Positions 42,145-56,882 of a DNA stretch of 64,000 nucleotides are shown in pieces. The position numbers and the translations under genes are program-made. The first letter of the stretch is position 1. The number at the start of each line of letters is the position of its first letter. Source of the DNA: Eledone cirrhosa. Taxonomy: Eukaryota. The notes beneath the pieces were generated by a model. That model searched no databases and had not been told where the DNA came from. It saw only the letters and a program-made list of their open reading frames with translations. Location: positions 309,690,001 through 309,754,000 of the forward strand of contig OZ024742.1 of NCBI GenBank assembly GCA_964016885.1. The letters run 5' to 3'.

Positions 42145-42713
42145 TACCTACGATTTAATCACAGGTCGCGAGATCGCATCAAGGGACACCCCTCTAGTGT
42201 ACTAAAGATGCACTACAAAACAATTAAAATTTTTTAGCACTAAAGCATCTGTTCTTTCAATATTCACCTCTATCTCTATATATTTGGCGATATTTCTCTT
42301 ACAATAATTGTTTCCATTTTTTGGCACAAGGCCAGCAATTACTCAGTGCATTACTGGTACTTTATTTTATCGACTCCCCATAAGGATGAATAATAGCATT
42401 CTGTTTACTGTTTTGTTATTTAATTAATGTTCACATATGGGTTTCTCACCTTAAAAAAAAAAAAAAAGAATTCTGTCAGATTTAATGTTTCCTATATATA
42501 TATAGGATCAGAGCAAACAGATCAGAGCAAACAGCACGGACACTCTATCTCAAAATTATTTTTGAAAAGCATTTAGAAATGCGCAACCGGTAAAAACTTA
42601 AAAACTTAAAACCACAACTGAATACTAACCCATACAATCACTAATACTCTTTTATTCCTAATTAAACCATTTTTCAACTGTGAACAATTTGTCACCATTT
42701 TCTATTCCGTTTA

Positions 42714-42774
<61 letters not shown>

Positions 42775-42969
42775 CGAAGGAAGTGTGGTAAGGAACCAGG
42801 TGGACCATAACGCACCAGAGTACTCGATACTTTGGGTAGTAGAGTGGGTAATAGCAAAAAGTTCAGGAGGTCCCGAACTTTTCCCTTTATATATATATTT
42901 TTCGAGACAATGTGATTATCGCTAAATATTGATGTTGATTTGGTTATCAATATTAATATTATTGGGTTA

Positions 42970-43092
42970 CCCACTGAAGAATTATAAGAGCCCACTTGTA
43001 TAAGCATCTGTTGATCTTATACAAGCTTCTACATAATTTGGTACTATTTCACCCAACTTGTATAAATCTTATAATGAATCTAGTCGCCTGGG
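42970..43092 (+). ncRNA. Degenerate hammerhead with long helix II insert
   Basis: CTGAAGA-ATTATAAGA...TCTTATAAT-GAAT-CTAG-TC; A15.1 is mutated and helix I is offset. Confidence 0.45.
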
Positions 43093-43258
43093 AAATGATA
43101 TATTTGATATAGTTCATATGAAATAATACAGCCAATTATCCACTCAATACAATATAGTTAGCACCCAAACGTTTAATTGGGAATATACTCAGGTATTTCC
43201 TAATGTTTGTTGAGTGAGTTGGAATTTGGCCGGAGTATCGCTATTAGCTTTCTCCGTT

Positions 43259-43334
<76 letters not shown>

Positions 43335-43373
43335 CGTGTGTGTGTGTGAGTGTGTATAAAAAATATATGTATA

Positions 43374-43446
<73 letters not shown>

Positions 43447-44139
43447 TTTTATATATGCTGAAACATCGAAGTTACACCCACTTTTTCTATTTGGAAAATA
43501 AATTTCTACATTCTACCCACCTATATTGAGTACTCCTACAGTTAATATTGAATGTTGAATGTTTTAAATTTTAGTGTATTAAAAAAAATTGTCAAACACC
43601 CAATCCAACCCAGAGCTTTCTCACTCCTGTTGGAGCAACTTCTCCCTGGTTCACCTCCACCACTTTCTATTTGATTTTGGTCATGTCAGGTGTGTAGCTG
43701 TACTCACCACGCTTGGCTAATTGCGGGTTTCTGAGGCTGTTTAACCCATATTTGGGGTGGATGGCCACTGACACTGAGGAGTTCATCTGGCCTTTTAACA
43801 GCTCTTGATTTGTAAGCTGCTGGGGTTCCACTTATTTTGGGGGAGCTGGTTTAATCACTGACCTCGCAACTAAGAAGCAGGTTGTACTGGGTTACATGGT
43901 ACTAATACTAGCAATATATATATATAAATATAAATTTAGCGAGAATCACATTTCGGCGGGTAGAAATTAGCGAAACCCAACTTCCGTATTGTGCAGACAA
44001 GCGTTCCATGGATATGAAGAAGATACCAGGGCTATAAACATAATTTAAAATGGTCATACACGCTGAAACGATGGTTAAGAAGCCATTAACCACCTTGGCC
44101 AAAAAAGCGAACAAACAAAATGAGATATGATTGAAATAG

Positions 44140-44243
<104 letters not shown>

Positions 44244-44537
44244 AAATGTTTAATCACGACGGCAGAGCTCTAGCCGTTTCGACGGCTATTTCTGGACTCA
44301 GTCCAGAAATAGCCGTCGAAACGGCTTGAGCTCTGCCGTCTCGGTGAAACATTTTCCTCACACCCACTCTACTACCCTAAGTATTGAGTACTCTGGTGCG
44401 TTATGGTCCATCTGGTTCCTTACCACACCCCCTTCGTTATATATACAGGGTGTCCCAAAAATTTGACATCATTTTAAAAGCAAATATCTCGAAAACTACT
44501 AAGTCTAGCTCAATGATGTCAAATTTTTTGGGACACC

Positions 44538-44581
<44 letters not shown>

Positions 44582-44610
44582 GTATACAATACATACAATA
44601 TTTACATATA

Positions 44611-44691
<81 letters not shown>

Positions 44692-44977
44692 TGAAAAATA
44701 ATGGTTTCTTATATAGGCACAAGGCCAGTAATTTGGGGGGAGAGGAAAGTCGATTAAATCGACCCCAGTGCGTGACTGGTACTTTATTAGTCACGCACTG
44801 GGGTCGATTTAATCGACTTTCCCCTCCCCTCAAATTACTGGCCTTGTGCCTATATAAGAAACCATTATTTTTCATATATATATATATACATATATGAAAA
44901 ATAATGTTTCTTATTGTTAGCTACAAGTTGTAAAATATTTGATCATTAAAATATAACAACCACAAAAGTGTCACATG

Positions 44978-45009
<32 letters not shown>

Positions 45010-45025
45010 AATACACACACACACG

Positions 45026-45069
<44 letters not shown>

Positions 45070-45633
45070 TATATATATGCGCGTGTGTGTATACTAAGAG
45101 AGAAGCGAGAGAGAGAGAGAGAGAGAGATAGAGAGAGAGAGTGTGTGTGTGTGTTCCGCTTTAAGTATTGAAATGTTAAAGCTCTCTGTTCGAATTTAGT
45201 ATTTAAAATACCAGAAAATGAAATGAAGGCGAATTAAAGTAAAAAAGAAAAATAGAATATTGAAACCAGACATAAAAGGTGGAAGTGATATAGAAGACTA
45301 CTTTTCTGGGACTGATATTCCACTGGCTCGGCTTGTTGGGTGTCAATTGACTGGAAGGAATCAGTTATGAGGGAATCCGGGGAAACGCCTTCTCCATTTT
45401 GTCCGCCGGGGTTGTGGGGAGGCCAGTACGTGGGACCCCATTTGTTCACCATACAGAGAGATGGGGAGGGCGAGAGAGATGGAGGTGAGGAGAGTGGGAG
45501 TTCGGCTCTTCCACGTTCGGACCATATCCTTACTCATTTGTACCTTTTCTTACATTTTTCCTTAAATCATCAATGTACTCCCCGGTTCTATGTGTCATTT
45601 CATGGTTTGTTATATCTCATTATTATAAAAAAA

Positions 45634-47557
45634 CACTATTATTTAATCAGAAGTTTGGGTTTGTGGTCAGGAGTTTGCTATTTCGAAATGTTCATATTTT
45701 TCAAGAAAAAACACATTTTTTAAAAATTTATCAGTTCATATAATTAAATCAACAGAGTATATATTAATTTTATTACATAAGCTTATCAACAGCAAACAAG
45801 TAAAAACAAATAACACTTATAAAGCAACTTATACACGTCAGAAATGAGTGGATTTCATGGATTTGCGGTTGTAGTCCAGGTAGCATTCCCGCACTAGCCC
45901 CTAGATATAGTCCCCCATCATTTTTTCATTGTAGTGGCCTTGGTACCTCCGCTCTATCTCTTTCACATCTTGGTGGAATCGTTCGCCTTGTTCTTCCGAG
46001 TAGGCACCCATATTGTCCTTGAATTTTTTCCAGGTGAGCGTCCAGCATATGGAGTTTAAGCGACATCCTGCATCCCGTGGCGCCAAAAGCCTTTATCAGA
46101 TCCTGCACCAGTTGCTGGTAGTTTTCAGCTCTGTAGTTGCCCAGGAAGCCCTTAACAACTGCCTTGAAACAGTTCCATGCTGTTCTCTCAATCCTATTGA
46201 GCTTATTGGAGAACTCGGTAGACTCAAACACCTTCTTTATCTGAGGTCCAACAAAAATTCCACCTTTGATTTTGGCCTCAGATAACTTGGGGAAGAACTC
46301 AAGAAGGTACTTAAAAGCGGCTGATTCTTGGTTGAGAGCCTTCACAAACTGCTTCATCAACGCCAACTTAATGTGCAGTGGCGGCATGAGCACAATCCTG
46401 GGATCAACCAGTGGCTCCCACATGACGTTCCGGGTCCCAACAACAAATTCTGTTCGCTGCTCCCAGTTCTTTCTTTTGTAGTGGTCAGAGGTGGCTCTGC
46501 TGTCCCAAAGGCAGAGGAAGCATTGGAATTTGATAAAGCCTCCTTGAAGTCCAAGCAGCAAAGCCACCATCTTGAAATCTCCAATGATTTCCCAATTGTA
46601 CTGGTTGTATTGCAGAGCTTCCAAGAGGACTTTCACACTGTAGTAATCTTCCTTCAGGCAGACTGAATGAGCTAGGGGCAGTGTCGGGAACTTGTTTCCA
46701 TTTTGGAGGAGGACAGCCTTCAAACTTGTAGTGGAGCTGTCTATAAATAGCCGGCACTCCTTGGGCACAAAGGGCACCCCAATAACGTCAAAAAGTCCAG
46801 GCAGTTCATGGCAGAAGCAGAGGCCATCCCTAAGAGTGTAAAAGCCTGAGAAAGGTTCGTGTCGACTTCTCTGACTTGTCACCTGTACTTCCTCCTTGAC
46901 CAAGTTCCACTGCTTCATCCTGGAGACGAATAGCTCTGCATTGGACTTGGTCAGACCCATATCCCTGACCAAGTCATTGACTTCTTTTTGGTTTGGGAAG
47001 TGAGGAACTTTTACTGGTACCTCAGGCAGGTAATCCAAGTCCTCAACGTCCATCTCCTCCTCTTCATAAGAATACTTGTGTTGGAAAATAAATTGATATG
47101 CAAAACAAAATAAATATTGGAAAGGGAAATACATATTTAAATAATATAAAAGAACACTAATCATACTAATGAAAATTCGTGCTTAAAACACAACTTACCC
47201 TTTATTCAGGGTGCGAAAATCCAGTATCAATAAATCTCTTTAATCCATTTTTTAACAATTTTATACTTTATTGCACTTTTATAATTTTCTCTAGGTATTA
47301 CTCTTTATTTTATAATTTTAATTTAACCTGAAACATATATAAAAAAAATCATTTAACATAAGCAAATTAAACTTACATACAACGTAAAATCCAGCATACA
47401 AATAATTCTAGTGAATAGCTTAGAATTTTTACAAACCCAAACTTTTAACTGTTTAATAATAGCACTTTTAAAAAAAATTTATTTGGGACCTAAGCAACAC
47501 AAAAAAAAAAGTGATTATAAGCCAGGAACAGAGAAAAATTTTTTTTGTTACACGGTG
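45634..47557 (-). mobile_element. Chapaev3-like (CMC) DNA transposon
   Basis: Transposase inside. The minus strand starts CACCGTGTAACAAAA at 47557; the left end (CACTA at 45634) is tentative. Confidence 0.6.
45838..47075 (-). pseudogene. Chapaev3-like DDE transposase with a frameshift near 46025 and a stop at 45901
   Basis: LFIDSS..SLKAVLL.NGNK; IIGDFKMVALLLGLQGGF.KF.CFLCLWDSRA; PPLHIKL.LMKQFVKAL; MSLKLHML..H; then in another frame GAYSEEQGERFHQD...RYQG...MMGDY. Confidence 0.85.
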
Positions 47558-47947
47558 TTATTTGTCTCCATCGGATTGACCGGATACCAACTACTTGATT
47601 ATTTAATTTTAATTTTTATATTCGTTAGAGCACATACTTTAAATATTGCCTGTCATTCTCGACAAGAGACCAGTTTTTTCATTGGAGTCATAACAAGTTG
47701 ATATCCATCTCTGAACCTAATACGAATATATACTTTGCCAGGGTTGCGTTCATTATCTATAGAGTTCATTCTATTATTCAGTTGTCCTCCTTAGGGAATA
47801 GGTTGTATCGAAAAAATCACAAAGAATTCATTTGGAAACTTTCACAAATAAAGCTAATTTATCGAATTAAAATATCCAAATGGCTAAGGTTTACAACGAA
47901 GTATTTTAAATTAATTTTATATTTTATATTAATTTTATTGTCTACTA

Positions 47948-48433
47948 TCTAAACTATAATAAAGGAAGGTCTGCGGGATTGCTTACGGTTTATTTTTTGT
48001 TTTATCTCGTTTGTAAAATAAGTTGGATTACTTTGAATAAATAATGAATGAATATTACATAATTTATCTACTAAATTTCGTGGCTGTTCATTAAATATAT
48101 TTTGTTTATTTAAAGATTCACTTCTTTAAAATTTCTAAAATGTCAACACTTCCGGTGGCGATCGCTTAAATAAACATACACATTTTCCGTCACTAATTTT
48201 CTCCTAATGCACTTTATATATAATATCGTCTTTTTTAATGTATCATGGATTACGTTACTGATTACATAAGACAGTGTAACACACTCTTCGTTCAATTTCT
48301 ATGCATTATATATGGTTAACTACGATTTTATTTGATGTATCATATCTACATGTATATATACCTGCGTTTAATATCAATATACACACTACACATGCTAGCA
48401 GAAAAACCACCCGAAGGGTGGTTTTTCTGCTAG
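47948..48433 (+). mobile_element. Possible non-autonomous Helitron
   Basis: A|TCTAAACTATAATAAA start, terminal hairpin ending CTAG|T. Confidence 0.45.
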
Positions 48434-48493
48434 TTTAATATAACTAAAGCAAAGCATCCCATATGTGTGTGTAATTATATATATATATTATAT

Positions 48494-48532
<39 letters not shown>

Positions 48533-48611
48533 ATCCCGGGTTTAATCGAGAGTAACCACAGTAAGTAAAGTGTTCAATACATAGCAGAGTATAAATATTT
48601 AATAGAGAAAT

Positions 48612-48662
48612 GACTTCTACAGGACTAGAACTGTTTCATTCATATGAAATCATCAGGAATGC
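48612..48662 (-). ncRNA. Type I hammerhead, best copy of the most abundant pseudo-LTR family
   Basis: TTC-CTGATGA-TTTCA/TGAAT-GAAA-CAG-TTCTAGTC-CTG-TA-GAA. Other copies at 6244, 9890-10022, 26655, 31547, 39325, 41295-41455 and 56329. Confidence 0.75.
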
Positions 48663-48984
48663 CGGTTGTAATAGTACGTTATTGCTATATATAAGAATGG
48701 ATGAGGTAGTGGTGGTGGTAGTGGGGGCGTATTTTAGGGTCAAGTGTAGAGTATTTGGGTAGAGGAGGGATGGGGAAGGGGGGTTAAGGGAGTGGGAGGA
48801 ACATTTTTTAAGTAGGTAGAGAGGAATCTTAAAGCATATATGAAGAAAAATACAAACATACTTATACATACTAGTATGTAAATATGTATGTAAACCTACA
48901 TACATACATGCACACGTATGCATATATACATACATACACACACATTCTCTGTCTCTCTCTCTATATGTATATGTACAAGTATAA

Positions 48985-49065
<81 letters not shown>

Positions 49066-49153
49066 TATAATATATATATATATGTATACGATATATATAT
49101 ATATAAATGTATATATGTATATATATATGTATATATATATGTATATGTATATG

Positions 49154-49210
<57 letters not shown>

Positions 49211-49230
49211 GCACATACATATATATACAT

Positions 49231-49370
<140 letters not shown>

Positions 49371-49452
49371 CATATATATATGCTGCTCAGCCGTTAATAT
49401 GCATAAGGAAAGTATATACTTTCAGACGTTCAACCATCTGGCAGGAAGGTAT

Positions 49453-49495
49453 ACGATGCTGACGATAGCTAATAAGCTTGAAACTAGTACATCGT
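49453..49495 (+). ncRNA. Minimal type I hammerhead
   Basis: ACGATG-CTGACGA-TAGCT/AGCTT-GAAA-CTAG-TA-CATCGT; second copy at 58436-58474 (-). Confidence 0.9.
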
Positions 49496-49759
49496 TCCTG
49501 TGTCAGTGTTGAACAAAAAGGTGACGTGGTTGCCTAAACACTGTACGGCGTAATTCGGGCTGTTTGTTTGTTTACAAACAAACCGAGCATTATAATAAAT
49601 GTTCGGTAAACCGATACGTGCATATATATATGTGTGCATGTATGTATATATATATACATACTACTGTACGTCTGTATATATATATATGTATGTACGTATA
49701 CATACTTAGATTTAAGTAACTGCCGTACTAAGAGTGAGAAATGAAATTTCGTTTCATTC

Positions 49760-49854
<95 letters not shown>

Positions 49855-49868
49855 CGTGCGTGTGTATA

Positions 49869-49950
<82 letters not shown>

Positions 49951-50544
49951 ATTTCTTTCTAAATGCTTGCATAATTTACAAAAAGGTTTGTAAATCGAAT
50001 GAGAAGCTTTATTGTTGCAATACACAATATAGGTTTGATAAGTAAGTTAATTCTGAAATCCTACATAATACACAGAAGATCTCATTTCAGATCTCAATTG
50101 CACTGATTAGTTTGTTCATTCATGCACGCCTGGCGGATAACTGTACACTTATTAAACCAGGCTCAAAAATGATTGATGTGTCAAAGGAGACCACCTGGTA
50201 GAGTAATGTAGCTAAATATTTATTTTGACAACGCTGCCCTCATTTGCGTCCCATGCCGTGCTGTAGGCTCATCTAGGATCTAAGATCACAGAATATCGTT
50301 ATACTTCTTGAAGACATCTGCCCTCACTCTATATAGCTCTCTCAGGGTTTTAAGGTTACACGTTAAAAAAACTGGGTGAGGTGGGTTGAAACTCCCCTAA
50401 AATCTATCCCCACTCCATGTAGATCTCTCAAGCTTTTAGGGCTACATATTAAAGAACTAGTTTTAACCCTTCCAAACATCTATCTCCACCCCATATAGAT
50501 CTCTCGGGTTTTTAGAGCTACATATTAAAAAACTGGATTTTTTA

Positions 50545-51307
50545 ACCCCTTGTTCTCGTCTTTCCTGATCAACCTTACTACGCCTTTGCCTGCAGAACTG
50601 GGAATTCTCCCGTTCTGCTGCCAATTCCAGTAGACGGCTTCGAGGACGCCAGAGAACAAGTCCGGCATGCCTATGTAAAACTCATAGGGTAGACCATCTA
50701 GACCGGGTGACTTGCGTTTCCTGCAGCGGCCCAGAGCGTCCCGTATCTCAGTGTCTGCGATCGGTCTTTCGCAGAACTCGGCGTCCGTATTCGAGAGACG
50801 CGGCAAGCCGTCGAGGTATGAACTAAAGTCTATTGCCCCGTTCGGCTCACCGTCGTTCTGCTCAAACAGTCACGCAAAGTGCTGGTGAAAGGCCGCGCAC
50901 ATTTGCTTGGGGTCAAATAGCACGCGTCCGTTTTCGACTTTCAAAGACCGAATCGTGGACTTATTGCCACTTTTTGCCACCGCCACTCGGGCCCAGCTGA
51001 CAGCTTTCGCTCCTTCGTTTCCTAGAGCACGTGTTTTGCTTCTGACCACGCAACTTTCGTGTTTCGCGTCGAAGAACTGGTCCAGTGCCGTTCTCAACGC
51101 TAACACTCTAGCCGCGTTGCCACTTCTAAGTGCCTCCTCTACCTTGGCAACTAGTTCTCTTTCTATTTTGTTTTTCTCTAAGGCTAACTCTCAGCTAAAC
51201 CCTATCGATTCTAGTCTAATTGCTTTCTTGAGAGAGTACCACCATCTATTGTTGACGATGGCTCCCGTTAACTGTTTTTTGACTAGTCTACTTATCCGTT
51301 CACTGTA
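50545..51307 (-). mobile_element. Tx1/L1-group LINE ORF2 fragment
   Basis: NRWWYSLKKAIR; VVRSKTR; IRSLK; EIRDALG...KSPGLDGLPYEFY...GVVRLIRK; GC-rich against the background. Confidence 0.85.
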
Positions 51308-51757
51308 AGCTTTATAGAAAGATAGGGAGATAGATAGATAGATAGATAGATAGATAAGTGGGTTGATAGGCATGTAGGTAGGTTGACAGATAGATGCTAT
51401 TTTTATTGTCCGAAGGTAGAAACATAGGTGTACACACTTGTTGTTAAACTACTGACCATCTGGATAGTAGACACATCATCTCAACAATGGCGGGGAGGAA
51501 GATATAAAATGACCACTTGCCAAACAAAGGTATCAAAAAGGACTTTTGGCAGTATCGGTACAGCGTCGGACAACATGCTTTGCGGCATATAGTTACGGCC
51601 CTTTACGTTCTGATTTTAAATTCCGCCGAGGTTACCTTCGCCTTTCATCTTTACGGGGTTGATAAACCAAAGTACCAGTAATGCACTAGGGTTGATTAAA
51701 TCAACTTACCCCTCCCCCACAAATGTTAGCCTTGTACCTAAATGAGAAACCATTACA

Positions 51758-51798
<41 letters not shown>

Positions 51799-51970
51799 GA
51801 CATACAGGGTGTCCCCAAAAATAAAAAAATGTATCACACTTCGACAGTATTCTAATAAATATTGCTTGTACAGGTAATCAAAGTGTGTATACATTTTCTT
51901 GGGACACTGTATATTATATATTATATATATTATATATATATAGTGAGAAATGAAATTTCATTTTATTCTT

Positions 51971-52012
<42 letters not shown>

Positions 52013-52447
52013 GTTATAGAAATTGTTTTAGCGAGAAGCTAATAGTATTCCATAACACACACATATATATATATATATATGTGTGTGTGTTATGGAATAC
52101 TATTAGCTTCTCGCTAAAACAATTTCTATAACAATTTCTAACAATTTCTAAAACAATTTCCGTAACAAATACTCATACATACATACGGTCACACATACAC
52201 TATATATATATATATATATATATATGACGGAGGAGTTGTGGTACGGAATCAGATGGACCATAACGCACCAGAGTACTCAATACTTAGGGTAGTAGAGTAG
52301 GTAATAGGATAAAGTATGACGGCTATTTCTGGACTAGTCCAGAAATAGCCGTCGAAACGGCTTGAGTTCTGCCGTCGGGGTCATACTTTCTCCTATATAC
52401 ATATATATATATATATTTTGAGTATATGTTATATATATATATATAAT

Positions 52448-52478
<31 letters not shown>

Positions 52479-52687
52479 ATTGTTTTTACTTTTGGCACCA
52501 AGCCAGCAATTATCCCAGTGCATTACTGGTACTTTATTTTATCGACCCCGTAAGGATGAAAGGCAAAGTTAACCTCGGCGGGATTTGAACTCAGATCATA
52601 AAGGGAGGTAACTCTATGCTTCAAAGCATGGCGCCCGATCCGCTACCGATACTGCCAATCCAACGCCCTAATATATATAATACACAC

Positions 52688-52727
<40 letters not shown>

Positions 52728-53113
52728 ATAATAGACATATATCTATGCTTGTGTGTGTGCGTATGCGTATGAATGTGTAGCATAATTTGTACATGCTAAT
52801 GTCTTTGTGTGTATGTGTTTGTGTGCAGTAAAACAGTAACCACTTTAAAACTCTCGCGAAACACCGCCTCCCTTCGTAGCTCCGCCTCTTTTTGTTTCCG
52901 TAACAAATACTCATACATACATACGGTCACACATACACTCACTCACAAAAACACTGGCATATCCACATTTTACACAATCACACACACACACATACATGTA
53001 TATGTATGCATGTGTATGTATGTATGTATGTATGTATGTATGTATGTATGTATGTATGTATGTATGTATGTGTGTGTGTGTATGTATCTATGTATTGTAT
53101 GTGTGTGTATGTA

Positions 53114-53163
<50 letters not shown>

Positions 53164-53165
<2 letters not shown>

Positions 53166-53446
53166 AGGGCTTTGTTTCAGGGGGGTGACAGGGGACAAGT
53201 CCCCCCCCCCCCCCCACACACTTTTTCAAACGTCTATATTTTATTTTTTGTTGATTTGATATAATAAATTCTTTTTAAGCTTATTTTTTTATATCTGAAC
53301 TTAATTTGAATATATAAAATTTAATTAGCGTAAAATTTTACTTATGTGATAGGGTCCGGGAAAGGCACAATAAGCAATTTATGCTCCTTTAAGAATCAAC
53401 AAATGTTGGTTTGTCCCCCTCACATTTTTAAGGCAAACTAGGCCTC

Positions 53447-53447
<1 letters not shown>
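53164..53447. mobile_element. hAT-like MITE
   Basis: Imperfect TIRs AGGGCTTTGTTT and AAACTAGGCCTCT, with internal GGGGACAA/TTGTCCCC repeats. Confidence 0.5.
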
Positions 53448-53478
<31 letters not shown>

Positions 53479-55167
53479 TGTATGTATGTATGTATGTATG
53501 TATGTATGTATGTATGTATGTATGTATGTATGTCAGGTCACCAGTTGGTGCTACTGGTAACATGTATCCCAGTACAACCTGTCTCATGGTCGGGTCGTTG
53601 GCGACTAAACTGGCAACCCCACCAAGGTTTCTTGGTGAGGAGGGTGACTTTGGACATCCTACAGGACTAAAAACGAAACCTGTCAAAGGGCAAAGGAGCT
53701 CTTAAGAGTCAATGGCCATCCAAAATCACCGGGAGAGATGACCCCTTAGCCTTTGTCAAGGCAGAATTCTAGGAGAAGGAAAACTCTGATATAACACCTG
53801 CAACCCTGATGGTATCCAATGATGTTGACTTGTTCTTCTTTTTGGTAAATATCATCTTGGTTAAGAGAGTGGGACTGGCTTTGTGCAGTGCCTTTGCTCA
53901 CTATAAAAGCTTCACGGCACAGGCATTGCTTTATATCTGGAGATCTCTCTGCACTTGTCATCACATGGTACCATGGGCCCAGCACTATGTGTCAATAATT
54001 GTCACAAGTGTAGTGTTTGTACCAGAGTTTTCAAGTCGCTGGCCGGACTAAAAAGTCACACTCGTTCAGCGCATCGGTAGGGGTTCTCCTACATGGATAT
54101 AAAGTAGTGGCCGTACTCGAAAACGAGTTGGCAGCCACCATGTATGTATGTATGTATGTATGTATGTATGTATGTATGTATGTATGTATGTATGTATGTA
54201 TGTGTACGTATGTTTGTGTGTATGTGTGCATCTATATGTATGTATGTATGTAGATTAGAAAAATTTAATAAGTGGGGGTGGTGGGATGAGGCCGATTACT
54301 CAAGACCTGAATGTACCATCTATTTCATTTAGTTTCATTTAATTGCCAAGCATTTTATATAACTAAATAGAAAGTGGTTGAATACATTGGTGGAGTGCTA
54401 GAATTGGTAGATCGGTTTAGGATACACTGTCCATTTTCAAAGTAAATATTGGGAATCTTGGAGAATACCGGAAAATACCTTTTTAGGTATCCGCGTGGCA
54501 TTGACTAAATAAAATCCTTCAAGGGGTTGTTCAGCATGGCCACAGTCTAATAATGACTGAAAATAGTATATATATGTATATATATATATGCCAGGTCGCT
54601 CTCGAGTGCTACTGGTAACATGTAACCCAGTACAACCTGTCTCATGGTCGGGTCGTCGGCGACAAAACCGGCAACCCCACCAAGCTTGCTTGGTGAGGAG
54701 GGTGATATTTGGACACCCTGCGGGATGAAGTATAAGACCCGGCAAAGGGCGGAGGAACTCAGCAGAGTCATCGGCCATCCAAATAGCACTTTTTTTTTTT
54801 CCCTCCTGTGAGTGAAAGGTCCCCAGTTGTCACAACACCTTTCTAGGAGAGAGAAACTCTGAAAAAAAAAAACAAAAAAACCTGCGGCTTCGGAAGTGTT
54901 TTCGATGCTCAGAGAGTGGCATTGGTCGAGTAAGGCCTTTCCCCACTTAAAAAACCTTGATCCAACTGATCGAACCTGACTCTGGAATCGGAAGCTCCTC
55001 AGATATGTGTTAACATGTAGACACGAATCTGATTCTTTGTTCCCTGATATACTAATATTATATAGAAACAATTATATATACCTTTCATCCTTACGGGGTC
55101 GATAAAATAAAGTACCAGTAATGTACTGGGTAATTGCTGGCCTTGTGTCAAAACGATTATATATATA

Positions 55168-55311
<144 letters not shown>

Positions 55312-55514
55312 AGCGGAGCAAGCAGTTATCAAACAATTTTCCAAATAAATTAAAAAACGATTTAAATAATCACCTGTTCTATTGCTGTTACCGACGGTTT
55401 TATCTGCGACCTGATTTTGCGTGTGTGTCATTTTAACGGCTTGACCGCATGCGTTGGGCAGGAAGCGAAATATTTACTTGCTGTAGGGCTGGCAACCTTA
55501 TCGTATGGAAATAA

Positions 55515-55594
55515 GCTGTCTGAAGATCCATTTCTTTCCATTGGAAATTCTCTGGATTTCAAATTTTGGGACGGGTGAAACCGTCGGTAACAGC
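55515..55594 (+). ncRNA. Type I hammerhead with extended helix II (inverted partial copy at 55309-55400)
   Basis: GCTGT-CTGAAGA-TCC...GGT-GAAA-CCGTCGG-TA-ACAGC. Confidence 0.8.
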
Positions 55595-55990
55595 AATAGA
55601 ACAGGTGATTATTTAAATCGTTTTTTAATTTATTTGAAAAATTGTTTGATAACCGCTTGCTCCGTTCTTTTATATTGTTCTGGTATCTCAAATTAGTACC
55701 ATCGAACCACAAATATTATAAACACCTTGCATATTTCTACAAGTACTTAGTGCCTGTTGAAGTATTCATTCACTTTTATATATATATATAATTGTTTCTA
55801 CTTTCGGCACAAGGCCAGCAATTACCCAGTACATTACTGGTACTTTATTTTATCGACCCCGTAAGGATGAAAGGCAAAGTTAACCTCGGTGGGATTTGAA
55901 CTCAGAATAACAAGGGCCGTAACTGTATGCGTCAAAGCATGGTGTCCGATGGTGTCCAATATATATAATATTAGGATATTAGGGAACACA

Positions 55991-56090
<100 letters not shown>

Positions 56091-56607
56091 GCAAAAGGTA
56101 AACAGAAATAACAACAAAAACCGTACAGTATACGGAAGGAGTATATTAGTTTAATGCTTGAAATTGCAGGGAGAGAGTCTTAACGTTTCGGGCGCTAGTC
56201 CTTCACTAGATGAAAGAATGAGAAATTAAAAAGATAGAGTGAACGGGCAGGGCGGAATCGAAAATAATAATAACAGGTCCATTCATGTTGACATCATATA
56301 TATATAAATATATGCCGCCGGTTTCCTGATAATTTCTCCCGAATTAAACAGTTCTAGTCCTGTAGAAGCCTTTCTATATTAAATATTTATACTCTGCTTT
56401 GTATTGAGTACCTTACTTACTGTGGTTACCCCCGATTGAACCTGGGGTAAACTTATATATATATATGGCCGGAGCTCAGCCGTCGGGGTCTTGACTCTTT
56501 CCCTATACATATATATATATACGGGATAACAAATTATTGTTATAGGTAGTCCACTTAGATGTAGTCAAGTTAGGGTACTCTGAGTAGTGGATAGTACTAT
56601 TCTCGCA

Positions 56608-56715
56608 TGCTCTGATGAATAGACTGGTTATAACAAAGTATTGGTGATCGATTGACGCAAAAACAGGCGGGTAGCGATCTCTAGACCTACCAGTTCAGAG
56701 AAACAATTGTCAGCA
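56608..56715 (+). ncRNA. Type I hammerhead with an about 80-nt helix II domain
   Basis: TGCT-CTGATGA-...GACTGGT...ACCAGTT...-GAAA-CAATTG-TC-AGCA, then AATAAA. Confidence 0.7.
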
Positions 56716-56764
56716 ATGTGAATAAAGCCCTTATTGTATAGCAAACCATGTCACTCTTCTTTCT

Positions 56765-56882
<118 letters not shown>

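Noticed and set aside
48530-48605. Twister ribozyme (ATAGCAGAGTA resembles a twister 3' end)
   Set aside because: L4 motif and pseudoknot pairings are absent; it is the antisense of the ACTC...GAGT tail.
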